This document shows, in pieces, positions 8,459 to 18,527 of a stretch of 64,000 nt of DNA; the stretch's first letter is position 1; the number at the start of each line of letters is the position of its first letter. The DNA is taken from the IMG/VR virus record IMGVR_UViG_3300033991_000123, positions 4,506-68,505 of that record, one strand, 5' to 3'. Under the pieces are notes generated by a model. That model saw only the letters and a program-made list of their open reading frames with translations. It had not been told where the DNA came from and made no database searches. The translations under genes and the position numbers were made by a program. Source of the DNA: a virus.

Positions 8459-8484
8459 ATGTAAAACCTAACGAAAGGTGTGTT

Positions 8485-9270
8485 ATGCTTTCCGGTTCCG
8501 AATTGGCTCTTGATAAGGCACAGATCGAACGATCGACGAATCGCCGCGCGGCTGTTATCGCTAAGGGCGGTTTAATGGGGTATAAATTCATCCGTTTGAA
8601 ATTAAACAATATTCGGAAACGAAGAGTTTCGGGAGTTGACGTTTTGCGGGCCGTGGAATTCCAAAACAATGAAATGGGTGGAATTATCGATTACCATTTA
8701 GAGCTAAGTGGCGGTGATTTGGATTTTGATTATCGGCCCGAGTTTGGCATGTATCTGTGTGACATGCTGGATACCGATCGTAACCGGCAATTTCTGGCGA
8801 CTCATTTTGAGTATAAATTTTGGGATATTATCGAAAAATTCATATTCGAGGATGTGGAAGCTCGTTATCAAAAAATCAAAGAGGAATTGTTAAACAAACT
8901 CCCCGTTGAATCCGATCAAAAAACCGATGCGCAGAAATTTTGGGATGAAGTGCGGGAACACGAGGAAAAGATGCGCCGGATGACCAGAGGAGAAGAATCG
9001 CCGACGAAACCGGATGCGCCGAAAACGTTTGAAACGGATACTCCCCCTGATACGCAGGCAACGGCCGCATTAACAGCAACGGTGCAGCCGAAAAAACGAG
9101 GTTGGCCCGCCGGGAAACCGCGACCCGCATACAAGCTGACAAATGGAAGGCGGATAGAAATAAAACAAAAATTGAACGCCCCGCAACCAGAGCCGGAGGT
9201 TAGCGACGCATTGCGGTTTGCGCCCGCCCCGGAGGCTCACGGTGTAGGGGTTGGAGTGAATGCGCCCTAA
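8485..9270 (+). CDS. Hypothetical protein
   Basis: 261-aa ORF, KKRGWPAGKPRP AT-hook-like segment; start may be 8575. Confidence 0.65.
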   Translation: MLSGSELALDKAQIERSTNRRAAVIAKGGLMGYKFIRLKLNNIRKRRVSGVDVLRAVEFQNNEMGGIIDYHLELSGGDLDFDYRPEFGMYLCDMLDTDRNRQFLATHFEYKFWDIIEKFIFEDVEARYQKIKEELLNKLPVESDQKTDAQKFWDEVREHEEKMRRMTRGEESPTKPDAPKTFETDTPPDTQATAALTATVQPKKRGWPAGKPRPAYKLTNGRRIEIKQKLNAPQPEPEVSDALRFAPAPEAHGVGVGVNAP

Positions 9271-9962
9271 TGGCTACCACGAGTGAACTATTGACGATTT
9301 TGCAGGAGCAATTCAAAGGCTGGAACGTTGACGGTCCTCGAGGGCTCCTGCATTATCTGAATACCGCCCATCGCATTTTACGGCAATCCGATGCCGAACA
9401 AATGGTATACATTGACGAAGCAACCGGCAAGCTCCCCTATCTGACGACTGTTGCCGGAACGTACAGTTATTCATTGCCGGATAATTGCTGGAAGTTGTCA
9501 GGAGTGTTTGTCGAGCAGGGTGTAAGCTCGGAACTATTGGACCCGTATGGTTCGACGGATTACGGGTTTCGGGTTTCCGTCTCTGGCAAGGTCGAATGGC
9601 ATACGTTTTCGGGCACTATCTACCGGCGGGTACTGCTCGTGCGTTCATGGCCCTGCACTGAAACAACGAACGCCCGTCTTGTGTTTATGGGCGATCCTGG
9701 CGATTCGACGGCGGTGTATAATATCCGATATTTCAAAAAAGCGACCGATATCGTTTCGGATTCGATTCAAATCGATATCGAACCGCCGCACGATGAAACG
9801 ATACTCATACCGGCGGTTTGCAAACTCATTGAGGGGGTGCAACACGGAAATTACCTCGAAGCGAGAAAGGAAATTTTGACGGTCTGGAAACCGCTGTATT
9901 GGAAAGAAATGAACGGCGGAGAACAGGGATTGGATACGGACACCGACGATCGGGGTTACTAG
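9270..9962 (+). CDS. Putative head-tail adaptor (tail tubular protein A-like)
   Basis: Position after capsid; LTTVAGTYSYSLPDN motif typical of adaptor proteins. Confidence 0.6.
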   Translation: MATTSELLTILQEQFKGWNVDGPRGLLHYLNTAHRILRQSDAEQMVYIDEATGKLPYLTTVAGTYSYSLPDNCWKLSGVFVEQGVSSELLDPYGSTDYGFRVSVSGKVEWHTFSGTIYRRVLLVRSWPCTETTNARLVFMGDPGDSTAVYNIRYFKKATDIVSDSIQIDIEPPHDETILIPAVCKLIEGVQHGNYLEARKEILTVWKPLYWKEMNGGEQGLDTDTDDRGY

Positions 9963-11059
9963 TGATCCATTATACAATCGGTGTGGGCGGAGATTACGCT
10001 GATTTTAATTCTGCGGTAAATGCACTGGCCGCTATTTTATGGCCTGGATTAACGGATGATTACGAATTTGAGGTTATTTCGAATCTAACCAATTCAACCG
10101 CATATTCCGGTGGTGTTGTTTATTTAAATTATCACACAGTAAAATTTTACTCCTCGGTGCCACATCTCGGCAATCCATTAAAAGGCAATATAATTACTTG
10201 TACACGAACGGCTACTATTGCAACAGCACAATCGGTCGAAGGGCGGGGAACGCTGATTTTTGAAGATTTGTATTTTAAAGCTAATCCGGGTTTTGGTTCG
10301 GAACTTGTTAGAATTCAAGTTGCCATGGAATTCTTTGAGTATATTCAATGGAAAACAAGGAAGACTGTAATTAAAAATTGCATGTTTGATGGGAATGGAA
10401 CAGCGCAGATATCTTTAAAATGCGCAAGTGCGGAATATTCGCTCTGGGAGTTGTCTAATTTGAAAATTTGGGGGCATCAATTTTGGGGATTAAATTTTGG
10501 ATATTCAGGAATTCTTGTTAATCCTGGAGAAACATCAAAATTTATTGAAAACGTAATAATTTTTAATGATGTCAATGGTTCGGTCGGAATGTTAAGTAAC
10601 GGTCTAGGGGATTCGGGGGGTGACGATACCTATTATAAAAATGTAATTTCGTGCCGAAACGGGGCAACCGGATCGGATTGGTTTACAGGGATGCAGGCTG
10701 CGCGTTGTATAGTTGATAATTGCGCTTCATCCGATGCAACATGCCCGGTAACGTTCGGCTCGAATAACCTACGCAACATAGTAACCGTTAATGAATTTGA
10801 ATCACTCGACGATACCAATCCGAATTTCCTTAAACTGAATAACGGGCAACTTGTCGCCGATCCTATTGCCGAACCCGATCGCGGAGTTAAACCGCTTCGG
10901 GTTCGATTTACCGGCAATATCGATTACGTATGGCCGTCCGGACAAATATATAATGCCGGAACAATCCCCGCTCTAACTATAAACGATATCGCCGGAGCAC
11001 AGTACGGTAGATACGGTTATTATCCCATTGGTTGCCATAATGCGGAGATAGTCTACTAA
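9962..11059 (+). CDS. Virion protein, beta-helix-like, ending in the N-terminal strands of a PKD domain
   Basis: GTG start coupled to upstream stop; YTIGVGGDYADF start, IKNCMF/IENVII repeats, VADPIAEPDRGVKPLRVRFTG. Confidence 0.6.
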   Translation: MIHYTIGVGGDYADFNSAVNALAAILWPGLTDDYEFEVISNLTNSTAYSGGVVYLNYHTVKFYSSVPHLGNPLKGNIITCTRTATIATAQSVEGRGTLIFEDLYFKANPGFGSELVRIQVAMEFFEYIQWKTRKTVIKNCMFDGNGTAQISLKCASAEYSLWELSNLKIWGHQFWGLNFGYSGILVNPGETSKFIENVIIFNDVNGSVGMLSNGLGDSGGDDTYYKNVISCRNGATGSDWFTGMQAARCIVDNCASSDATCPVTFGSNNLRNIVTVNEFESLDDTNPNFLKLNNGQLVADPIAEPDRGVKPLRVRFTGNIDYVWPSGQIYNAGTIPALTINDIAGAQYGRYGYYPIGCHNAEIVY

Positions 11060-13191
11060 TGGGCCGCAAAAACTATCTCCCTGGATCAAATGAATCCGAT
11101 CGGAAAATGATCGAATTCAATCAAAATTCATTTGCCAGCGGTTTGATCCAGGATTTCCCCGCCTCACAAATCCCCGATAATGCAATTGCGGAAGGTAAAA
11201 ACGTAGTAGTTTATCCGAAAGAAATCCAGGGGCGGCTTGGAACCACGCTGTATTCTACGGTTGAATTACCTCCCCTTACCGGCAAAACCGGATTGGTTGC
11301 AATTAAAACCGGTTACATCATAACGTGTACGAGTAATATTTTTACCGACGATGACGTAGGCAATTACTGGGTGTGGCCCGGCACCGAAACAACCCATGAA
11401 GAAATCATTCGCTATATAAACGGCACGCATGTCGAAGTCGCGACTAGTGGCGACCGCGTTTTGACTACCGGTTGTTATATGCGCGGCAAGGTAAATTTAT
11501 GGAAATTTCATTCCGTTCAAAATGTATGGTTATTTTTGCTCGGTACCGAATTTTGGATTGCCGATCGCGATATCACCTCATTTACGCTGGTGCCCGTTAT
11601 TTCCCTTGGTTATACGCCGTTTAGTAGTGTAAGTCAAGCCGAAGAGTTTGATAATCAATCATGGATAGTATTTAATAGCGCGGGTCATTGGCACATAACG
11701 TTTTATCAAAACATGTGGCTGGCGTGGAAGAGAAACATTCCAATTCCAAATATCTATATTCCGGAGATTACCGGCAGCGGGTCGTATGAATATGGGTATA
11801 TTTATTCGGTTGCACGGCTTACGGAAATGGGTATTTTCATTGATCGTCTAACACCCTCAAAAATCGAACTTGAAACGGGGACGAATACCTGGAACGATAA
11901 ATACGAGGATTGGAGCGATATAAACGTTTCAGCGCCAATCTCCGCCAGTTCCGGTCAGGTAATCGGGCCGTTATTTCTTCCGATAATCAGTGGCCCGGAT
12001 GATATCGAATATCAACATCACCTAACACATTATCCAATTTATCGTACATGCGACAAAATTAATAAATACCAATCGGGACAATATGAAGCGGTTTTAAATA
12101 ACCCGCAACGGTTTGTTTGGGCGAAGGATTTGCGCATTTGCGGGGCGATGTTTGCCCGTAAATATAACGGCCATATCTTATGCCGGTACGGGCAATTCGA
12201 AGAGGCGGATATCGGCAGCGTTGTGCAGTGGGAAAACGGCGATCGTGATACTATAATAGATTACATCGCGCCGGATGACGTGGTTATCGATCATGTAATG
12301 TATTACGATATCGATACCGACTATATGGCCTGCGCAATTGGAAATGGTCAGGTTGTTCGGGCATCGCAAAGCGGCACGACGGTAACGCGCACGCACGGGA
12401 ATACCTTTAGCGCGAACGATGTGGGCGAAACGATTACGTGGTCTACCGGATACCGATCGTATATAGCTGCATACATTTCCGCTAACGAGGTGACGGTATA
12501 CGACGATAACGATCGCGTATCGCAGGGGTGTACATTTCGGCCTACTCACCGTCATTATTATGATATTGTGGATGATGATACGCTGAAAGCGCGAATTCGT
12601 GATTTATCGTGCCGCAACAGGTTTTTGCAGCCTATGCCTGAAGTAAATGACGGTATTGTCGTACCGGGGTTTGTAATTACTGCACGGCGTGGCGAAAAAG
12701 ACGTTTATTATTGTGCGTGGGAAAATTATCATGAATATTTGGCAAGTTTTTATAATCCTGCCTACCAGTTAAGTTCGGCTATTAAAGACCCGATTCAAAA
12801 ACTGTTAAAACATCCGAATCGATTTACGGCGTTGTGCCAGAACAACAAAACATGGTTTGGACCAATAAATCTTTCCGAAGAGGTTGTTCTGGAAGAAGTA
12901 AACGTTATCGTGCCGCTATTGAGCGGTATCGATGTCCTGGACGCTGCCGTGGGATGTTTTGATTTTGGTTCAATACAGGAAATTGATAACGGAATGTATG
13001 TAATGCTTACTTCGGAACCGAGTGGCGTTGGATTGCGGCGTTTTAATGGCATGAGTTTTGGTCCGAACGAATTGGAGATTCCTAAATTCGGACATACCAC
13101 GATTCAAACGTTATTGGAAAAGTTGCAGAAGGCTACCGCCTCAATCTACGATGCCATTGCGGGGTATATCGTGTGGGGAAGGGATAAGTAA
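11059..13191 (+). CDS. Putative tail nozzle/tubular protein B-like structural protein
   Basis: 710 aa; FASGLIQD...IPDNAIAEGKNV N-terminus typical of podovirus stabilisation/nozzle proteins; TAATG coupling. Confidence 0.55.
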   Translation: MGRKNYLPGSNESDRKMIEFNQNSFASGLIQDFPASQIPDNAIAEGKNVVVYPKEIQGRLGTTLYSTVELPPLTGKTGLVAIKTGYIITCTSNIFTDDDVGNYWVWPGTETTHEEIIRYINGTHVEVATSGDRVLTTGCYMRGKVNLWKFHSVQNVWLFLLGTEFWIADRDITSFTLVPVISLGYTPFSSVSQAEEFDNQSWIVFNSAGHWHITFYQNMWLAWKRNIPIPNIYIPEITGSGSYEYGYIYSVARLTEMGIFIDRLTPSKIELETGTNTWNDKYEDWSDINVSAPISASSGQVIGPLFLPIISGPDDIEYQHHLTHYPIYRTCDKINKYQSGQYEAVLNNPQRFVWAKDLRICGAMFARKYNGHILCRYGQFEEADIGSVVQWENGDRDTIIDYIAPDDVVIDHVMYYDIDTDYMACAIGNGQVVRASQSGTTVTRTHGNTFSANDVGETITWSTGYRSYIAAYISANEVTVYDDNDRVSQGCTFRPTHRHYYDIVDDDTLKARIRDLSCRNRFLQPMPEVNDGIVVPGFVITARRGEKDVYYCAWENYHEYLASFYNPAYQLSSAIKDPIQKLLKHPNRFTALCQNNKTWFGPINLSEEVVLEEVNVIVPLLSGIDVLDAAVGCFDFGSIQEIDNGMYVMLTSEPSGVGLRRFNGMSFGPNELEIPKFGHTTIQTLLEKLQKATASIYDAIAGYIVWGRDK

Positions 13192-14645
13192 TGCAATACA
13201 TACAATCCGTACTATGGGAATTTGGTGATGGCCGTACCAGTACGGAGCTTAATCCTGTACACACGTATGCAATGCCAGGGCGGTACAAATGGTGGTTAAT
13301 CGTTACCGATCTTTTCGGCAATACAATAATTACGTTTGGACTAATTCGCGTTTATGATTGGGATTATTCCGCAGCCGATTCCCTGCATGTCGCCGATACG
13401 GATAAGTGCTATCGTTTTGCGATGGCCCCTAATCAGGGGGTTGGCGCGGCAGTATGGCATGGGGATCAATGGCTATGGCCGACGGCGTACACCGGTACGT
13501 GTAAGGGGTTTGACGCGGGCGGAAATACGCTGAGCTTGGTTTTGAATAATGGCAATGGCCGGTTTTATCGAATTGGTGTAAAGGATGTTTGGCAGGATCG
13601 GGTAGGCGCGTATGGCGGCAGCGATATCCCATGCTCCTTTAAATTAAAGGAACATGTCGCGCCTCCGGGTGAGTATCAGGAAATCGAGCATATCGAATCC
13701 CATATACACATGCGCCCCTTTTGGGAGAAAAATCGATCCGAATCCGGTTTTACTTCAGAAGGGTTTTTGTCGAATTACGCGCTTGGTTTGCAGATGTATG
13801 AAAATGGCGAACCGACAACGCCAAGCGCGAAGCTGCAACAAGTACCCCGGTATGGCGATTATGTTATGCGTGAGCGCGTGGAGGCTCGCCGCCTACAACT
13901 CGAGGTGTTGATAGACGTTTCTTCGTGGCGTTGCATCATGGCGCAGCAGCGCATGGTTGGTATTGATAAGGCAGCGGGACCGGATTTTGATTATCCAAGC
14001 GAAACAAATTGGCAATATGAATTTCGTACGCCGGATTTGTGGTTATCGCGTGATAGTGCCCGCCCCACGCTGAACAGGGCAACCGGTAGCAATTTTAGCG
14101 GCACCCATGACGTTTTTGGAATCGGACCGGACGGGTATTCGAATACGGCATTAAATTTTGCTGTTGGGCAAGGGCTATTTGCCACGGGATGCGCGTTGCT
14201 TGCGAGTGATTTTACCCTCAGTTTGTGGGTTGGCAATATCGGGCCAACGCCAATTACCCTGTGGCGAATGGATGTCAGTGACGGCAATACATTGACGATA
14301 CGTTTAGTGTTAATCGGCGCAACGTATGCAATCCAATGGAACGACGGAACAACCGGCGACACGCGGACGCTTTCGTGGAATGGCGTCGGATGGGTGCATA
14401 TCGCGGTAGAGCGTAATGGGGTGACGTTACGGGTATTTGAAAATGGAGTGCAGCTTAGCGCTACGCCTATGATTGACGCGACGCTTGGGTATGGCGGCAC
14501 CGTTTATTTCGCTGAAAACTCAATTTGCACGATATTTGACGTGAGGCGCGTTGCTCGAGCGATAAGCGCGGCGGCGCTCGCATATTATTATGACGATGTT
14601 GTAAACAATAACGGCAACGGCGGCCTGTTACCAATACGCCGATAG
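13191..14645 (+). CDS. Virion protein with N-terminal PKD-domain part and C-terminal LamG/concanavalin-A-like domain
   Basis: WEFGDGRTSTELNPVHTYAMPGRY; DFTLSLWV...WVHIAVERNGVTLRVFENG. Confidence 0.75.
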   Translation: MQYIQSVLWEFGDGRTSTELNPVHTYAMPGRYKWWLIVTDLFGNTIITFGLIRVYDWDYSAADSLHVADTDKCYRFAMAPNQGVGAAVWHGDQWLWPTAYTGTCKGFDAGGNTLSLVLNNGNGRFYRIGVKDVWQDRVGAYGGSDIPCSFKLKEHVAPPGEYQEIEHIESHIHMRPFWEKNRSESGFTSEGFLSNYALGLQMYENGEPTTPSAKLQQVPRYGDYVMRERVEARRLQLEVLIDVSSWRCIMAQQRMVGIDKAAGPDFDYPSETNWQYEFRTPDLWLSRDSARPTLNRATGSNFSGTHDVFGIGPDGYSNTALNFAVGQGLFATGCALLASDFTLSLWVGNIGPTPITLWRMDVSDGNTLTIRLVLIGATYAIQWNDGTTGDTRTLSWNGVGWVHIAVERNGVTLRVFENGVQLSATPMIDATLGYGGTVYFAENSICTIFDVRRVARAISAAALAYYYDDVVNNNGNGGLLPIRR

Positions 14646-14653
14646 GAGGATGT

Positions 14654-15565
14654 ATGCCTGTTTTTGAAAGAACGGTTAATTTTTTTACCGCACTTGGCAT
14701 TGAAGGTATTCAGGCTGTCGAATACAATAAAAACATGTATGCGTTCGGCGGATTTAATGGAGCGGTATATAGCGGAGCTACATTTTTTTCACCGAACGGC
14801 CAAGATGTAAGTGTAGTCAACGCAAATAACGATGCCACTTCATTTACCGCCCGCGCCCATCATCGCGGTGTAGTTCATGATGGAAGAATCGCGCTTGTGG
14901 GTGGCTACAACGGAGTGGCGGCGTTTTCCGATGTGTGGCTGTACGACAACGGATGGACGCGGGTATGCACCAATTTTGGAAGGGCATTATTCGGGCATGC
15001 GTTATACTCATACGACAATCGGCTTTTCGTGGTCGGCGGAACCGATGGCACGAATGAATATGGCGAATGTTGGGCGTCGTATGACGGTACGAATTGGCGG
15101 CAACTCGTGTCGGGATATTCTCTTTTACAGCGGGCGTTTGCCGGATATTGCGTATACGACAATAAAATGTGGTTAATCGGAGGGTGGGACGGAGCGGCGG
15201 CGATTAGTGACTGCTATTGCTCCGTCAACGGTATCACCTGGGAACGGCAGGAGCTTCCCGCAGATTTTCCCGCGCTTTTGGGTCATACGGTTACGGTTTT
15301 CGATAATAAAATGGTATTGATTGGCGGCGGCACCGCGTATTCGCAACGCGCAATTAGCGGTGTCGGCGGCAATTTGTGGTATTCGTTCCATGGTGCCGAA
15401 TGGATCAGGGGCGCGGATGATTTGGAGTTTTCACGGGCGTTTCATGCCGCATTCGCGTATACCGATAAACAGCGTCTTGTTGTTTCGTGCGGAACCGACG
15501 GGACTAATCGGTATGCCGATATCTGGCAAACTCGAGGTTGTGAATTTTTAACTAGGGCGTGGTAA
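14654..15565 (+). CDS. Kelch-repeat beta-propeller protein
   Basis: Repeated YDNKMWLIGG...W motifs. Confidence 0.8.
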   Translation: MPVFERTVNFFTALGIEGIQAVEYNKNMYAFGGFNGAVYSGATFFSPNGQDVSVVNANNDATSFTARAHHRGVVHDGRIALVGGYNGVAAFSDVWLYDNGWTRVCTNFGRALFGHALYSYDNRLFVVGGTDGTNEYGECWASYDGTNWRQLVSGYSLLQRAFAGYCVYDNKMWLIGGWDGAAAISDCYCSVNGITWERQELPADFPALLGHTVTVFDNKMVLIGGGTAYSQRAISGVGGNLWYSFHGAEWIRGADDLEFSRAFHAAFAYTDKQRLVVSCGTDGTNRYADIWQTRGCEFLTRAW

Positions 15566-15738
15566 TGCAAAATATTCCGTTATCGTTTGATCCATCGAGC
15601 AAGGATCAAGCGCGGATTAACCGGGAATTAACGGAGGTTATCCGTCAGTTGTGGAAGCGAATGGTTTCGGTCGAAAAGCAATTAGGTGAAGCTATCGCAA
15701 CTATTAAGAAATTAAATATTACGAAAGAGGACCGCTAA
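15565..15738 (+). CDS. Small coiled-coil hypothetical protein (57 aa)
   Basis: TAATG-coupled ORF MQNIPLSFDPSS...KEDR filling the gap. Confidence 0.55.
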   Translation: MQNIPLSFDPSSKDQARINRELTEVIRQLWKRMVSVEKQLGEAIATIKKLNITKEDR

Positions 15739-15748
15739 AGGAGGCTTT

Positions 15749-16084
15749 ATGGGTGGATTGAATGCCGAATTTCCGTCACAGGTAAAAATTCGCATTGAGG
15801 ATAAGTGGCTGGATGACTACAGGGATGTTGATAACGCTTGTGTAGATGTGCGCGATCTGGATTCAACGAATGTCGGCAGGCGAATGAGGCCGCGCGGAAT
15901 TTTAATCGGATTGAACCGGGTCGATGCGACGGCGACCACCGCGACGGTTAAGGGTGTTCTGTGGGATGAGAATAAGGCGCAGGCGGACACTTTTACGCTG
16001 GCGATCGGTGTCGTTCATCCGCTGGCATTTAGATTCATTTATGCAAACGGCACAACCGGACGTTGGATTAAGGTGCTTGGTTAA
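15749..16084 (+). CDS. Hypothetical virion protein
   Basis: AGGAGG SD; 111 aa. Confidence 0.7.
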   Translation: MGGLNAEFPSQVKIRIEDKWLDDYRDVDNACVDVRDLDSTNVGRRMRPRGILIGLNRVDATATTATVKGVLWDENKAQADTFTLAIGVVHPLAFRFIYANGTTGRWIKVLG

Positions 16085-16101
16085 TTAATAGAGGATACAC
16101 T

Positions 16102-18183
16102 ATGAATACAGTTAGTCCGCTAAAGGCATTTGTCGATAAAATGCGGCAAAAAAACACGGTTCCGGTAAATGGCGCAATGCCAAAAAACCTGTATGCCACG
16201 CCGATTTATTCGCGGTATGTTGGCAATACGGGGATGGGGAATGACGGTGCCGTGCAGCCCCAAAATCCGGCCGCGATGATGAATACCGCCCAGGGGCCGC
16301 GCGTGTTGCATGAAGGTGAAGATCTTTATCAACAGCAATCCGGCGCGGTAAACGTTGTGCCAGCGGAAGCCTCCATAACGCCCGTTAATGGTGCCATGGC
16401 CCGTGCCGTCAGTGGTTTGCCTGGATACGCTATGGGGGGGACGGGGATTCTTCCTGTACCGAGGGCGCTGAAGGGACCACCTTCAATTACCGCTCCAAAA
16501 CCAGCGGAACAGCCGTTGCAATTTGCGCCTACCGGAGGCACTCCGCCGCAAGTGACAAAACCGCAACCGACGGATACGCCACTACAATTTGCCCCACCTT
16601 CATCGGGGATTACAAAGCCGACGCCGACGTATGAGCCGTTGCAACTTGCGCCAACTACCGGACTAGAGCCGGTATCTACTCCCCCGCAAGTGAAAAAGGA
16701 AGAGCCGCCAATAGAGGCGCTGCAATTTGCGCCAACTACGCAAACTGCGCAGCCGTCACCGTACGAACAATATGGCACGGCACTTGGGAAATTGAGCGGT
16801 TATATGGAAGGCGGTTCTCCGGCGTTGAAGGCCATTCAGGATAAATATTTATCTGACCTCAAGGCCACACAAGGGGTATCGCAGCGGATGACCGGGTTTG
16901 AATCGGCACAATCAGGAGCCGCCCCGGAAGTGGCAGCGGCGCGGCAGGCTATGGGCCGGGCGGTATCGGGTGCGCAATTATCCGAAGCGGAATCACAAAT
17001 GGCTGCGAACGAAATGCAGCAGATGGAACAAGCGGCGAAGGATGTTGCGTCTATTGGTTTGGCGGGCGCTCAGTATGAAACCGGCAAGGAGCAATGGGAA
17101 AAAACGTTTGGGCAGACACAGCAGCAAATTGATTATACGCAAGGAATGGAAACAATAAAAACATTGATGGCCGCTGATCCAGGGATGGGACCGGAAACCA
17201 TTAAATCGATAAACGATATTGCCAAAAAGTTTGGATTTACGTTTGATGCAAAATCTTTAACTACCGCCGGAAATTCCACAAAGTTTGCAATCGGAATGGA
17301 TCTTATAACCAAGGGTGTTGCGTCCGGCATGACGGCGGCGGAAATTAAAGGCTCTCTGACCGCAATGGGGGTATTGGATGTGATGGAAGCCGCGTTTCCT
17401 AACGGCGGTATTGACGCGATGGTTGGAAAAATGTCAACCAATGCAATAGATAAAGAGTGGGCTGATATTGAATCATCTCAAATGTTTAAAGGGTTAAGTG
17501 ATACCGTGCAAAAACAATATAAAACCGTATGGACCGTAATGAAGCTCGGTGGCGGCACGGATTTAATTTCAATTGACGAAAACGGCAATATTGTATTTCA
17601 TCTTGATAAATTGCCGGGCAACAAATCGGGAGAAACGTTACCTCCGGAACAAGGGCCGGGTTCCGCCGTAGGCGACCTATATATTGGTTCGGATGGTAAG
17701 ATTTATAAAAACGAAGGTAAGGGCAAAAAAGGTGGTTTAATTGATCCGGCAGGGTTGACCAAAAAAGACCTTGTTGGAAAAACCTCCGATGACCCTGTAG
17801 TGCAAAATGTCATGAAGAATATGGATTTGACATCTAATCCAAAATCGCTATGGGGTACCGGGGATGCAATCATGGGAACCGGGAAGCTCATAAAGATAAA
17901 AGACCCGGCCGACCCTACCAAGGAAATACTGGTTACGTATGATAGTAATTACAGCAAAAAAACAGGTAAAAGTTTAAAGGACATTTCCCTTTGGGATGCT
18001 GCCAAGGGGGCTGTCAAGGGTGCTGTCAAGGGGGCGATTGCAGGTGGTCCGAGTGGGGGCGCGGCCGGAGCAATTGGTGGTGGATTGGGTGGGGTGTATA
18101 ATACCATAAAAGAGCCTGGTAGCGTAGGCGTAATGGTCTTTACAACACTTGATGGTCGCAAAATAGAAATTGAAGCTGGATAG
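16102..18183 (+). CDS. Putative DNA ejection/internal virion protein
   Basis: 693 aa; Pro/Thr repeats (PLQFAPT), Ala/Gln-rich helical middle, Gly-rich hydrophobic end. Confidence 0.6.
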   Translation: MNTVSPLKAFVDKMRQKNTVPVNGAMPKNLYATPIYSRYVGNTGMGNDGAVQPQNPAAMMNTAQGPRVLHEGEDLYQQQSGAVNVVPAEASITPVNGAMARAVSGLPGYAMGGTGILPVPRALKGPPSITAPKPAEQPLQFAPTGGTPPQVTKPQPTDTPLQFAPPSSGITKPTPTYEPLQLAPTTGLEPVSTPPQVKKEEPPIEALQFAPTTQTAQPSPYEQYGTALGKLSGYMEGGSPALKAIQDKYLSDLKATQGVSQRMTGFESAQSGAAPEVAAARQAMGRAVSGAQLSEAESQMAANEMQQMEQAAKDVASIGLAGAQYETGKEQWEKTFGQTQQQIDYTQGMETIKTLMAADPGMGPETIKSINDIAKKFGFTFDAKSLTTAGNSTKFAIGMDLITKGVASGMTAAEIKGSLTAMGVLDVMEAAFPNGGIDAMVGKMSTNAIDKEWADIESSQMFKGLSDTVQKQYKTVWTVMKLGGGTDLISIDENGNIVFHLDKLPGNKSGETLPPEQGPGSAVGDLYIGSDGKIYKNEGKGKKGGLIDPAGLTKKDLVGKTSDDPVVQNVMKNMDLTSNPKSLWGTGDAIMGTGKLIKIKDPADPTKEILVTYDSNYSKKTGKSLKDISLWDAAKGAVKGAVKGAIAGGPSGGAAGAIGGGLGGVYNTIKEPGSVGVMVFTTLDGRKIEIEAG

Positions 18184-18193
18184 GAGTATTATT

Positions 18194-18526
18194 ATGGGAG
18201 TAGAAACAGCGGCATTAATGGGCGGTAATATTTTGGGGTCGTTAATCGAAGGTGGGGTAAATCTTTACATTTTCGAACAGCAGAAAAAAATGGCGGGGGA
18301 GCAGAATCGGATGCTGGGCCGTCAGTACGAACAGGAGCGCACAGACAGGCTGGCAAGTGAACGCTGGCAACAGAATTTTGCGAAGGACCAGCAGGCATTT
18401 ACCGAGCATCAACAGAATTTAGCTAACATGCGTTCCTGGGCGAAAGATTTCGAAAACACAGTCAACCGGAACCAGGAATTGAAAAATAATCTGGTTGCAA
18501 TTTGGAATAAATCGAGGAGTGGGTAA
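18194..18526 (+). CDS. Putative small ejection (pilot-like) protein
   Basis: Gly-rich hydrophobic N-terminus then Gln-rich coil; AGGAG SD. Confidence 0.55.
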   Translation: MGVETAALMGGNILGSLIEGGVNLYIFEQQKKMAGEQNRMLGRQYEQERTDRLASERWQQNFAKDQQAFTEHQQNLANMRSWAKDFENTVNRNQELKNNLVAIWNKSRSG

Positions 18527-18527
18527 T

